A stretch of 19,958 nt of DNA from Candidatus Thorarchaeota archaeon (lineage in GTDB: Archaea > Asgardarchaeota > Thorarchaeia > Thorarchaeales > Thorarchaeaceae): positions 1 to 19,958 of the forward strand of contig JBHLQH010000046.1 in the NCBI GenBank assembly GCA_048884965.1, written 5' to 3'. Of the stretch, positions 1 through 7,978 are shown piece after piece. The notes below the pieces were generated by a model, which did no database searches, was not told the DNA's origin, and saw only the letters and a list, made by a program, of their open reading frames with translations. Both the position numbers and the translations under genes were made by a program. How positions within the stretch are numbered: the first letter of the stretch is position 1; the number at the start of each line of letters is the position of its first letter.

Positions 1-249
1 CCGGAGCTTATCACAGAGGGACTCTATGGTAAGATTCGTCATCCGCTATATCTTGCCACTATCTTGCTCTTTCTTGGCATCATGCTCATCTATCCATTTC
101 CAAATGTGATTGTCTTTGCACTGTCTTTGAGTGCCTATACCCTCATTGGAGCACACTTTGAGGAACGTAAGCTGATCCTTCATTATGGCGAAGAATATTT
201 GGAATACAAGAAACAGGTCGGATTCATATTTCCCAAACTCAGACGCTAG
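1..249 (+). CDS. Isoprenylcysteine carboxyl methyltransferase / PEMT-family membrane methyltransferase, C-terminal part (5' end outside window)
   Basis: Frame 1 is open from base 1: PELITEGLYGKIRHPLYLATILLFLG...FEERKLILHYGEEYLEYKKQVGFIFP*. It contains the family's T-x-G-x-Y-x-x-x-RHP-x-Y and EE-x-x-L-x-x-x-[FY]G-x-x-Y-x-x-Y motifs. Confidence 0.85.
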   Translation, partial: PELITEGLYGKIRHPLYLATILLFLGIMLIYPFPNVIVFALSLSAYTLIGAHFEERKLILHYGEEYLEYKKQVGFIFPKLRR

Positions 250-274
250 GTGAAGCCAATCTTTTCGATGTGCA

Positions 275-290
275 TCCTCGTACACGAGGA
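275..290. repeat. Short perfect inverted repeat in intergenic region (possible operator or hairpin)
   Basis: TCCTCGT-AC-ACGAGGA, 7-bp arms with a 2-nt spacer. Confidence 0.4.
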
Positions 291-333
291 ATCTCATTAG
301 TCGGATATGGTCAATACTATTGCGTGGTTTGGG

Positions 334-660
334 ATGATGAAGAGATGGATTGGAATGCTTATGGTTGCATCCCTTCTTCTGGTCGGGGTCGCATCAGCAG
401 CATCAGGATTGATGACCGCTACCTCCAGCGGTGAATGGCCTTTTGAACCCGCAGATGGAATGATAGTGGACAATACTGGGTCCAAACCGTGGATCATGGG
501 TGCCTTCTTTCTTTCCTTGGCCGTGAGTGAGATATCCTTTGGCACATTGATGCTGTACTATTTTGGGAAACGAAGGGCATTCGATGTTGGCATCGTTCCC
601 TTGGAGCTCGAAGAGGATGAGCTGGAGAGGTTATTCGAGGAGTTCATGAGCACGCCGTAG
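334..660 (+). CDS. Small hypothetical membrane protein (signal peptide, one TM helix, acidic C-terminal tail)
   Basis: MMKRWIGMLMVASLLLVGVASA looks like a Sec signal peptide ending in AxA. A second hydrophobic segment WIMGAFFLSLAVSEISFGTLMLYYF is followed by GKRR (positive-inside) and an acidic tail. The ORF track starts at 307; ATG 334 is preferred. Confidence 0.6.
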   Translation: MMKRWIGMLMVASLLLVGVASAASGLMTATSSGEWPFEPADGMIVDNTGSKPWIMGAFFLSLAVSEISFGTLMLYYFGKRRAFDVGIVPLELEEDELERLFEEFMSTP

Positions 661-663
661 ATA

Positions 664-1104
664 TCAGCCTATTGAGCTTCCTATCTTTGAGAGATGTCGG
701 GATCGTTTTACAGTATCAGGAGAAATCTCAACTACTTGACCTTTCTCTACAACAAAATGCTGCGTAGCAATCTCTGGGGTGAAATGCCGCTTAATATCCT
801 CAATCAAATAGTGAAGCTGGACACAGTGGGGACTTCCATCTATGGAAAGGGCAGTCACACTCTTGATACTCGCATAACGCACTATTGATGCGAGCTTGTA
901 CCCTGCATGATTCATATGAACCTCCTCGAGGCAAACATGCAAGACTGCCTTATCGCTGTTCTTTTGGGAGTACTCAGAAACGATATCTGGATATCTCTCT
1001 CGCATACAACTTCCGATAAGGAGTAGTTCTCCTTTTTCTCGTAGCTTTGAATCTCCAACATTTGTTCTCAGGAGATAGGACTCACAACTGCACCCCTCAC
1101 ACAC
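664..1104 (-). CDS. Conserved Cys-containing protein of the family usually annotated '4Fe-4S ferredoxin'
   Basis: Motifs LLLIGSC, VCLEEVHMNHAGYKLASI, DGSPHCVQLHY and RSRHLSKI, plus N-terminal CEGCSC. Start is GTG 1104 (GGAGG 11 nt upstream) or GTG 1113. The gene abuts or overlaps the upstream stop codon. Confidence 0.7.
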   Translation of the reverse strand: MCEGCSCESYLLRTNVGDSKLREKGELLLIGSCMRERYPDIVSEYSQKNSDKAVLHVCLEEVHMNHAGYKLASIVRYASIKSVTALSIDGSPHCVQLHYLIEDIKRHFTPEIATQHFVVEKGQVVEISPDTVKRSRHLSKIGSSIG

Positions 1105-1106
1105 AT

Positions 1107-2039
1107 CTACCACTTCCTCCGGGGTGTGGCGTCCTCTTCCTCTGAAATGACCTGCGTCTCTGAAATCCTTGACGCAATTGTTGCTACTCTGTCGCCTTCG
1201 AAGACATAGCTCATCCTGCTCAATGAGAGAAGAGTACCATCATAAGGGCTGAGTATCTTACCATTCCCTTCGACAGTACCTATGACATCTTCTGCTAGGA
1301 TATTCTCTCCAAGTCCTGCAGCAGGAACAAAGAATCCTTCCCGAGTTGAGTTGATTTGCAGTGCTCTGCCCGTAAAGGTGCTTGAGGTTTCTATTCTTTC
1401 CCCTGGTATCATGTCTTTGATCCTAAGGAAATTCAAAATTGCTTCTCGCACCTCAACCGATGCCTGTGGATCTATCTGATCTCGAAATCCTCGAAGATTG
1501 ATCGTCACAGAGGGGATTCCCTCATGGGCTGCTTCAGTTGAAAGAACGCCGCGTTGTCCGCTACTCTGTACTACGTACGGGAGATCAATCTGAGATGCGA
1601 GATTTCTGACATGGATATACTCCCGATGAAGACCTTCCACATGACTGACACATGCATGAGGGGTTGATCGCAAGTGAATAACAAAGTCCGCTTGGGAAGC
1701 CTTTCTCCAGATTTCCCATGCGATTTTTTCTGTCAGGGTTCCAAATTCACTTCCCGGGAATACGGTGTCTAACGCTTGGGAATCCAATGGAGAAACACGA
1801 GTACCTAATCTGAAGGCCAATGGATTTGCTACAGGAAGGATTGAGATCGACCCATCGATTCTGTTCAACTCCTCAAGTTGTTTCATCAAGAGGAAATTCG
1901 TGTACACGCAACCTGCAGCATGCCCCTCCATAGCAGAGAGAATGAGGATATTCGGTCTCTCATCTCCAAAGTGATAAAATCCTAGTGTAGTTCCCGTCTT
2001 GGGGTCGATGTCCAACGCCTCTACCTCGGGTTTTACCAT
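1107..2039 (-). CDS. Succinylglutamate desuccinylase / aspartoacylase (AstE/AspA, M14-like) fold protein with degenerate active site
   Basis: Family scaffold present: GSISILPVANPLAF...R...VFPGSEFGTLTEKIA, ADFVIHL, EAAHEGIPSVT, and a C-terminal barrel-sandwich-like region (GFFVP...ILSPYDGTL...VFEGD). GGTGA SD lies before the ATG. Confidence 0.8.
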   Translation of the reverse strand: MVKPEVEALDIDPKTGTTLGFYHFGDERPNILILSAMEGHAAGCVYTNFLLMKQLEELNRIDGSISILPVANPLAFRLGTRVSPLDSQALDTVFPGSEFGTLTEKIAWEIWRKASQADFVIHLRSTPHACVSHVEGLHREYIHVRNLASQIDLPYVVQSSGQRGVLSTEAAHEGIPSVTINLRGFRDQIDPQASVEVREAILNFLRIKDMIPGERIETSSTFTGRALQINSTREGFFVPAAGLGENILAEDVIGTVEGNGKILSPYDGTLLSLSRMSYVFEGDRVATIASRISETQVISEEEDATPRRKW

Positions 2040-2124
2040 TCTATCACCTTCTTCACACTAACACCAGTATGAGTGGAAAATCAGAATATTAACAGGTGTA
2101 ACACAGGAAAATGAATCATGCAAT

Positions 2125-2775
2125 TCAGGGTCTGTTGAATATCCGGACAGCTGTTCGAAATTCTCCCCTCGTGAAATCATCATGACGTCCGAGAAGGAAT
2201 GGAGAATCATGGATATCGTACTCCATCTGATGGATATTACTAGATGCCGCACATGAGTTCGGGTCTCCTATCCACACAAAAGGCACATCCTTCTCGATTA
2301 TGCTCTGACTAGTATCAGAATAGAATGGCTCCCAAGACATGAGAATGAGTGATGGATTGTGCTTTCTGATTGCTTCTAACGCTTCGACCTTCTCCATACC
2401 CTTCGGGAACTCGATACCATCGCGACTTGTCTTTGCATCAGTAGGAATGATTCGCTGTGATAGAAGTGGTTGAAGGAAATGAGTGAGGCGGCCATCTCCA
2501 GCCATCACCTCAAGTATCGGTCCATCATTACCATTGCCTGATTGTATCGAATGGATTAGAGTTGTGAGGTCTGTGATGAACTCCTTGCTGTAAATCTGGT
2601 AGATCCAACGACCTCCAGCATTCCTTCCATTGCAATATTCCTTCCTATCGAAGTCTTGTTCTACTCTACGAAAGAATCTGAGTACATCATTGAATGATCT
2701 TAGTTCAGAATGTATGTCGATGAATATTCCATCTACTGTAGTCATCCAAGTATCATCGGGGTCTTGACCAGTCAA
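2125..2775 (-). CDS. Hypothetical protein with class I SAM-dependent methyltransferase-like motif
   Basis: ILEVMAGDGRLT (motif I-like), IIPTD (motif II-like), EALEAI and LILMSWEP. TTG start with GAGG 8 nt upstream. Confidence 0.6.
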   Translation of the reverse strand: MTGQDPDDTWMTTVDGIFIDIHSELRSFNDVLRFFRRVEQDFDRKEYCNGRNAGGRWIYQIYSKEFITDLTTLIHSIQSGNGNDGPILEVMAGDGRLTHFLQPLLSQRIIPTDAKTSRDGIEFPKGMEKVEALEAIRKHNPSLILMSWEPFYSDTSQSIIEKDVPFVWIGDPNSCAASSNIHQMEYDIHDSPFLLGRHDDFTRGEFRTAVRIFNRP

Positions 2776-2814
2776 AGGGCAGTCCTCTGTAGAGGCATCC
2801 CTGCAAATCTGGCT

Positions 2815-2822
2815 TTTTTATA
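2815..2822 (-). promoter_or_regulatory. Candidate archaeal TATA box for the methyltransferase-like gene
   Basis: Minus strand reads TATAAAAA about 40 nt upstream of the TTG at 2775. Confidence 0.45.
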
Positions 2823-2859
2823 GATACTTATGAGGTAGTTATCGACTAAAGCCCTACTG

Positions 2860-3159
2860 CTAGCAATAGGGTCTCTCAGTCAACCTGAGATGTTGAGGCA
2901 CTCTGCTTGGAATCCTCTCTATCTCTCCTCTCGCCTCAAGATCGAGCTTGACTGTGGTATAGTACCATGTAACTGAACCATCGAATCTATCCCCAATCCG
3001 ATTCTTCAGTTCTCGACCAAGGTTCATGAAGGATTCCTCCTTTCTCTCTCTAAGTATCTCAATAATGGTGCACCGGATAAGATCGTATTTTTCTCTCTCG
3101 ATATTGACACCTTGTTTGCCATCAGGATGCAGTGTCATTATTCGATATTGACTCGTCAA
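2860..3159 (-). CDS. Small conserved protein, DUF6958-like (probable winged-helix fold)
   Basis: TLHPDGKQGVNIEREKYDLIR...FDGSVTWYYTTVKLDLEARGEIERIP matches the family pattern from memory. Confidence 0.7.
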   Translation of the reverse strand: MTSQYRIMTLHPDGKQGVNIEREKYDLIRCTIIEILRERKEESFMNLGRELKNRIGDRFDGSVTWYYTTVKLDLEARGEIERIPSRVPQHLRLTERPYC

Positions 3160-3173
3160 AGCAATCCCATCCG

Positions 3174-3189
3174 TTTAACTATAGTTAAA
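3174..3189. promoter_or_regulatory. Perfect 16-bp palindrome in a divergent promoter region (candidate operator)
   Basis: TTTAACTATAGTTAAA is its own reverse complement and lies between the divergent DUF6958-like and TatD genes. Confidence 0.5.
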
Positions 3190-3282
3190 ACCCCATAAAT
3201 ACCTTGCGTTTCCCTTTGAGGCGATGGCTGCTTTCATAGTATGCGTTTTATCTATGAGACTTTACCTTCATATGGCATTACA

Positions 3283-4065
3283 ATGCTTGTAGATATTCAT
3301 TTCCATACGTACGTATATTCACCGGATGAGCTGAAAGTTGCACTTCAAGACATAGAAGACAATGAGCTATTCCTATGCTCTGTTACCTGTGATATACCCG
3401 ATTGGGTGCAGACCCGCGAGATTTGTAGCATCAGTCCTCGAATAATTCCTATGTTCGGAATCCATCCAGAGAAAGCCCCTCTATATTTTGACAATCTCTC
3501 TATCTTGAATCCCTATATGGAAGAGGCTTTGATGTTCGGGGAGATTGGACTAGATCACAATTGGATCTCCGACAGCTCTCAATATGGTGCTCAAGAAAAA
3601 CTCTTGTCATATTTCTTGGAATCTGCTGAGAGAGAGGGAAAGCCTGTCATGCTTCATACCAATGGTGCCGAAGACGAGGTGCTAGCTCTTCTGGAAACAC
3701 ATTCTATTACAAAAGCCATCTTCCATGATTATGATTGCTCGGTAGAGCTGTTCAAGCGAATTGTCGATAATGGCTATTACATTTCAATCGGCAGGGTAAT
3801 CCTCGAAGAATACAAGGCGCGAGTAGCTAACTGGGAGCATTTCTTAGAACTAGCAAAGGAAACTCCTGAAGATCTCCTCCTGACTGAAACTGACGGTCCT
3901 CCTAGGGATCGCAGAATGCCACATTCTCTTTTGGTAGAAGTAGTGGAGAGATTGGCTGTTTTGCGAATGGAACCATTTGAGGAAACTGCATCAGCAGGAG
4001 TAAGAAACTTCAAGAAAATAATCCATGATGACTCAAGGTTCGAATCATACTTGAGATACTTTTGA
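3283..4065 (+). CDS. tatD: TatD-family metal-dependent hydrolase/DNase
   Basis: Motifs DIHFH, GIHP, GEIGLDH, PVMLH, IFH and LLTETDGP. ATG 3283 (MLVDIHFH) is preferred over 3241. Confidence 0.9.
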   Translation: MLVDIHFHTYVYSPDELKVALQDIEDNELFLCSVTCDIPDWVQTREICSISPRIIPMFGIHPEKAPLYFDNLSILNPYMEEALMFGEIGLDHNWISDSSQYGAQEKLLSYFLESAEREGKPVMLHTNGAEDEVLALLETHSITKAIFHDYDCSVELFKRIVDNGYYISIGRVILEEYKARVANWEHFLELAKETPEDLLLTETDGPPRDRRMPHSLLVEVVERLAVLRMEPFEETASAGVRNFKKIIHDDSRFESYLRYF

Positions 4066-4175
4066 AGATAGAATGCATCTCCCTGACACTCATTTGGACA
4101 AACATGACTCTTGGAATAGTGAATTATATCAATAACTAAAACTTGCTCTAAAACCATCATGAGGAGAGATTTCGA

Positions 4176-4832
4176 TTGCTTTCAGAGATAGGAATGTCGA
4201 TACTTAGTATCGTTTACCTGATACTGGTCATTGGTGTCATCAAATTCCTCTGGGTTGACAGAAAAAGACACCATGCACTTTTACTCATCCTTATCCTTGG
4301 ACTCTTTTTGGATAATTTCGTGATTGCCATAGGAATAATTCTAGGAGAGGGCACACTGCTTCTGTATCTGAACCTCCTAAGATTTGGAGTTCACGCGATT
4401 TTCACACCTTTTGCATGTCTAGTGGCATACTACCAAGTCACCGAATTCAAGATTCTTGACACAACCAAAAGAACAGCATCTTATGCAACATTATCCCTAT
4501 ATCTGGTCTTTGTAGTGATTGGTTCTGCTCAACTTGTGGGCGTCACGTACATCCCTGAGCTGTTCGATGGTACTCTTCGATATGTCACTGTGGAAAGTAT
4601 TGGACCTCCCTTTGGGGCGATAGGTACAATATTCTATGTACTGGCCATTGCAATTCTAATGAGTAGAAATCATAGTCACTGGCTGTTAGTAGGATCTGTT
4701 ATCATGATTCTTGGAGCCGCTATTCCAACCAGTATATATGGCCCGCTACCTCAGTCAATAGCTGAGGTCATCTTCGCTTTAGGATTCTTCATGAATGCCC
4801 AATCATTGTCAATTGTCAAGGACGTTGGTTGA
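4176..4832 (+). CDS. Hypothetical polytopic membrane protein (about 7 TM)
   Basis: 218-aa ORF with about seven hydrophobic segments and polar intramembrane residues (DN, R..H..FTP, E). Confidence 0.75.
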   Translation: MLSEIGMSILSIVYLILVIGVIKFLWVDRKRHHALLLILILGLFLDNFVIAIGIILGEGTLLLYLNLLRFGVHAIFTPFACLVAYYQVTEFKILDTTKRTASYATLSLYLVFVVIGSAQLVGVTYIPELFDGTLRYVTVESIGPPFGAIGTIFYVLAIAILMSRNHSHWLLVGSVIMILGAAIPTSIYGPLPQSIAEVIFALGFFMNAQSLSIVKDVG

Positions 4833-4970
4833 CTTGAATTGACCATAGCTCTAATAAGGAAAAACGATATCTCAAATGCTGAGTGAGCAAAGGATGGATT
4901 GCGTTCTCGATTAATACCAACTGCTTTTGCGAGTCCTTTATAGCGGAGCGCATCTCAGGCTCTCTAACCA

Positions 4971-4992
4971 TTATAAACCACACAGTCGAGGT
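4971..4992 (+). promoter_or_regulatory. Candidate TATA box and SD for leuS
   Basis: TTATAAA at 4971-4977 and GAGGT at 4988-4992, upstream of ATG 5001. An alternative TATA-like TTTATAG lies at 4937-4943. Confidence 0.4.
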
Positions 4993-5000
4993 CATTGAAT

Positions 5001-7904
5001 ATGAGTGAGTTTGCCAAGTATGAAAAGAAGTGGCAGAAGCGCTGGAAGAAGGATAGGGTCTTTGAAGCGGATCCCGATCCTAAGAGAAAGAAGTTCTTCC
5101 TGACGGTGCCATACCCCTATACGAATGGTGCATTACACATCGGTCACGGTAGGACATATACAGTAGGTGACCTGATCGCGCGTTGGAAACGTATGCAGGG
5201 CTTCAATGTGCTGTTCCCTATGGCTTCGCATATGACAGGAACCCCTGTTCTGGGTATGGTTGAGCGAATCAAGGCTGGTGATAAGACCGCCATTGAGCAG
5301 TATAAGCGAGACCTTCGACTGTACTTTGAAACTGAAGAGGAAGTCAATGCTCAGCTAGCAAAGTTCACCAACCCATGGACCACTGCATCCTTCTTTGCAA
5401 AGGTGATCTCCCATGACTTTGATGCACTAGGATATGGCATAGATTGGAGAAGGAAGTTCACCACGGGTGATAAGACCTACAACAAGTTCATAGAATGGCA
5501 ATATCAGAAGTTCATGGAGAAGAAGTACATCAAGCAGGGCAACTATCCGCTGTTGTATTGTCCCAAGTGTGGTAATCCCGTTGGTGAGGACGACCTGCTG
5601 CAGGGTGAGACTGCCAAGATAAAGGAATTCACCGCAATAAAGTGGGGCTTTGAGGATGGCTACTTAGTGGCAGCTACACTGCGCCCTGAAACGATATTCG
5701 GCGTCACGAACATGTGGATAAATCCTAAGGCCAAGTATGTTTGGGCGATTGTAGATGGAGAGAAGTGGATCATCTCAAAGAAAGCTGTTCCAAAGATCAA
5801 GCTACAAGCTAAGGAGATTGAGGTCATTGAGGAATTTCCGGGTTCCAAGATCATTGGCAAGCGATTCAGAGCCATTCATGATGGTCATGAGATAATCATT
5901 CTACCCGCGGATTTCGTCAACCCTGACAATGCTACTGGAGTAGTCTATAGTGTCCCCGGTCATGCTCCTTTCGACTATATTGCTCTACGTGACCTATGGG
6001 ATGATCCCTCCGGTCTTGAGCAATATGGGATTTCTGCTGAGGATGTAAGAAACATCAAGATCATTGGGATGATTGACATCAAGGGGTATAGTGAGTTTCC
6101 TGCTAAGGATGCAGTCGAGAGCAGAGATATCAAGTCTCAGGCTGAAAGTGATAAGCTAGAAGCCGCAACTCAAGAGATCTACAAGGCTGAGTTCTATGAA
6201 GGGATGATGAAGGACAACTGTGCCCAGTTCTCTGGTCGCTCAATCAAGGATGTAAAGGACGATGTCATAGGATGGATGAAGGAAAACAATACGTGTGATG
6301 TCTTCTACGAACCTGATACGCGTCCTGTCATCTGTAAGTGCGGAACTGACGTACAGGTTGGTGTCTTCGCGGGTCAGTGGTTCCTGGACTACTTGAGCCC
6401 TGGTTGGAAGGACACTGCATGGAAAGCATTGAATGAGATGGCAATTATCCCAGATATCTTCCGGAACCTGTTCGAAGCTACCTTTGATTGGCTAACCCAA
6501 AGACCGTGTGCCCGGAAACGCGGGATAGGAACACGATTGCCCTTTGACCAAGATTGGATCATTGAGTCTCTATCTGACTCAACTATCTACATGGCTTACT
6601 ACACGATTGCTCATCACATCACTGACAACAAGCTGAAGCCCGACCAGTTGACTTACGAGTTCTTCGAATACATCTTCCTAGGAAAGGGCACTCCCAGCAA
6701 GGTCTCAGAGAAGACAAAGATCGATGCTGGTTTATTGAAGAGCATGCGTGATGAGTTCATGTACTGGTATCCCAACGATCAACGACACACTGCTCCCTCA
6801 CATATCTCCAATCACCTGTCCTTTGCTATCTTCCATCATGTGGCTATCTTCCCCGAGAAGCACTGGATTCAGAAGATTAGCTTGAATGAGCACCTGATCA
6901 TGGAGGGCGGGAAGATGTCAAAGAGCAAAGGCAACGTTATACCTCTAGTTGAGATCCCAAAGAAGTATGGGGCAGATGTCTATAGGATGTATGCCATCTC
7001 TGCTGCAGAGCCTGGTTCTCTGATGGACTGGAGGGAGAAGGATGTTCCTACTGTCAAGAACAGACTACGTCAATTCATTGATGTCGTCAGCAAGTATGGC
7101 AAGAAGGAGCCAAAGGTGTTCTTGAAGAAGGACAAGCCCACATCTGCGACACAGTGGCTACAGAGTCGAGTGAATACCATCGTTCAGGAATCCACTGAGT
7201 TGTTAGAGAACTTCAAGCTACGCGACTATGCGATAGTGACGACCTCTGAGATGAACCGGATCATCGCGCACTATCTGAAACGCAATGAAGTACCGAAGAC
7301 AGAGATGGAAGGAGCGCTGGCATATGTTTGTGATATATGGGTCCGGTTAATGGCTCCCATAACACCTCATACCTCGGAAGAGCTCTGGGCGATGATGAAG
7401 CGTGATGGATATGTGTCCTTGGCCGAATGGCCACGACCTGACAAGAAATTGATGGACCCAGATGTCGAGAAGGCACATGACGTTGTCGAATCCACGATTA
7501 GGGATATCCGTGAGATTGTACGATTGATGAAGGGGAAAAAGGTCACCAAGGTCCATGTCTATGTAGCACCTGAGTGGATGTTCGAAGCGATGAATGGCAT
7601 TCGAGAAGCGAACCTACCCCTCATCGTTGGCGACATCATGAAGCATCTCATGTCAAAACCTGAATTCAGGCAGTATGGCAAGGAGGTCAAGTCGATAGTT
7701 GATAGAATCTCAAAAGAGAATGGTCTATGGGATCATTCAACTACCGCAATAAACGAAGCCAAGAATCTCAATGACTCAGCTCCCTACATGACTGCTGAGC
7801 TTGGATTGGACATTGTAGTTCATGATTCAGATGCGGTAGACTATGACCCTCAGAATAAAGCCCGATTCGCACTACCAGGGCGCGTGTCATTGTTCATAGA
7901 GTAG
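5001..7904 (+). CDS. leuS: Leucine--tRNA ligase, archaeal/eukaryotic type
   Basis: PYPYTNGALHIGH (HIGH), KMSKSKGN, CP1 editing motifs ATLRPETIFGVTN and ATGVVYSVPGHAPFD, WIIESLSDSTIYMAYYTI, and C-terminal DPQNKARFALPGR. The ORF track begins at TTG 4995; ATG 5001 is preferred. Confidence 0.97.
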   Translation: MSEFAKYEKKWQKRWKKDRVFEADPDPKRKKFFLTVPYPYTNGALHIGHGRTYTVGDLIARWKRMQGFNVLFPMASHMTGTPVLGMVERIKAGDKTAIEQYKRDLRLYFETEEEVNAQLAKFTNPWTTASFFAKVISHDFDALGYGIDWRRKFTTGDKTYNKFIEWQYQKFMEKKYIKQGNYPLLYCPKCGNPVGEDDLLQGETAKIKEFTAIKWGFEDGYLVAATLRPETIFGVTNMWINPKAKYVWAIVDGEKWIISKKAVPKIKLQAKEIEVIEEFPGSKIIGKRFRAIHDGHEIIILPADFVNPDNATGVVYSVPGHAPFDYIALRDLWDDPSGLEQYGISAEDVRNIKIIGMIDIKGYSEFPAKDAVESRDIKSQAESDKLEAATQEIYKAEFYEGMMKDNCAQFSGRSIKDVKDDVIGWMKENNTCDVFYEPDTRPVICKCGTDVQVGVFAGQWFLDYLSPGWKDTAWKALNEMAIIPDIFRNLFEATFDWLTQRPCARKRGIGTRLPFDQDWIIESLSDSTIYMAYYTIAHHITDNKLKPDQLTYEFFEYIFLGKGTPSKVSEKTKIDAGLLKSMRDEFMYWYPNDQRHTAPSHISNHLSFAIFHHVAIFPEKHWIQKISLNEHLIMEGGKMSKSKGNVIPLVEIPKKYGADVYRMYAISAAEPGSLMDWREKDVPTVKNRLRQFIDVVSKYGKKEPKVFLKKDKPTSATQWLQSRVNTIVQESTELLENFKLRDYAIVTTSEMNRIIAHYLKRNEVPKTEMEGALAYVCDIWVRLMAPITPHTSEELWAMMKRDGYVSLAEWPRPDKKLMDPDVEKAHDVVESTIRDIREIVRLMKGKKVTKVHVYVAPEWMFEAMNGIREANLPLIVGDIMKHLMSKPEFRQYGKEVKSIVDRISKENGLWDHSTTAINEAKNLNDSAPYMTAELGLDIVVHDSDAVDYDPQNKARFALPGRVSLFIE

Positions 7905-7917
7905 TATATGAGCATTC

Positions 7918-7956
7918 AAGAATCATGAGGGCTCTGATTGATTCCTCGTGATTCTT
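7918..7956. terminator. Stem-loop between convergent genes (candidate terminator)
   Basis: AAGAATCATGAGG (7918-7930) pairs with CCTCGTGATTCTT (7944-7956): a 13-bp stem with one U-G pair and a 13-nt loop, 13 nt after the leuS stop. Confidence 0.55.
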
Positions 7957-7978
7957 TCAGGACACACTCAATGTCGAT

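Noticed and set aside
46-545. Minus-strand ORFs 46..297 and 297..545
   Set aside because: Antisense shadows of better-supported plus-strand genes, with no motifs.
4833-5000. Possible T-box-like or other structured leader, or tRNA, upstream of leuS
   Set aside because: No T-box motif, cloverleaf or convincing stem was seen. T-boxes are bacterial, and a TATA-like box lies close to the start.
5144-7556. Several 60-71 aa antisense ORFs inside leuS
   Set aside because: Expected shadow ORFs of a codon-biased gene, with no independent evidence.
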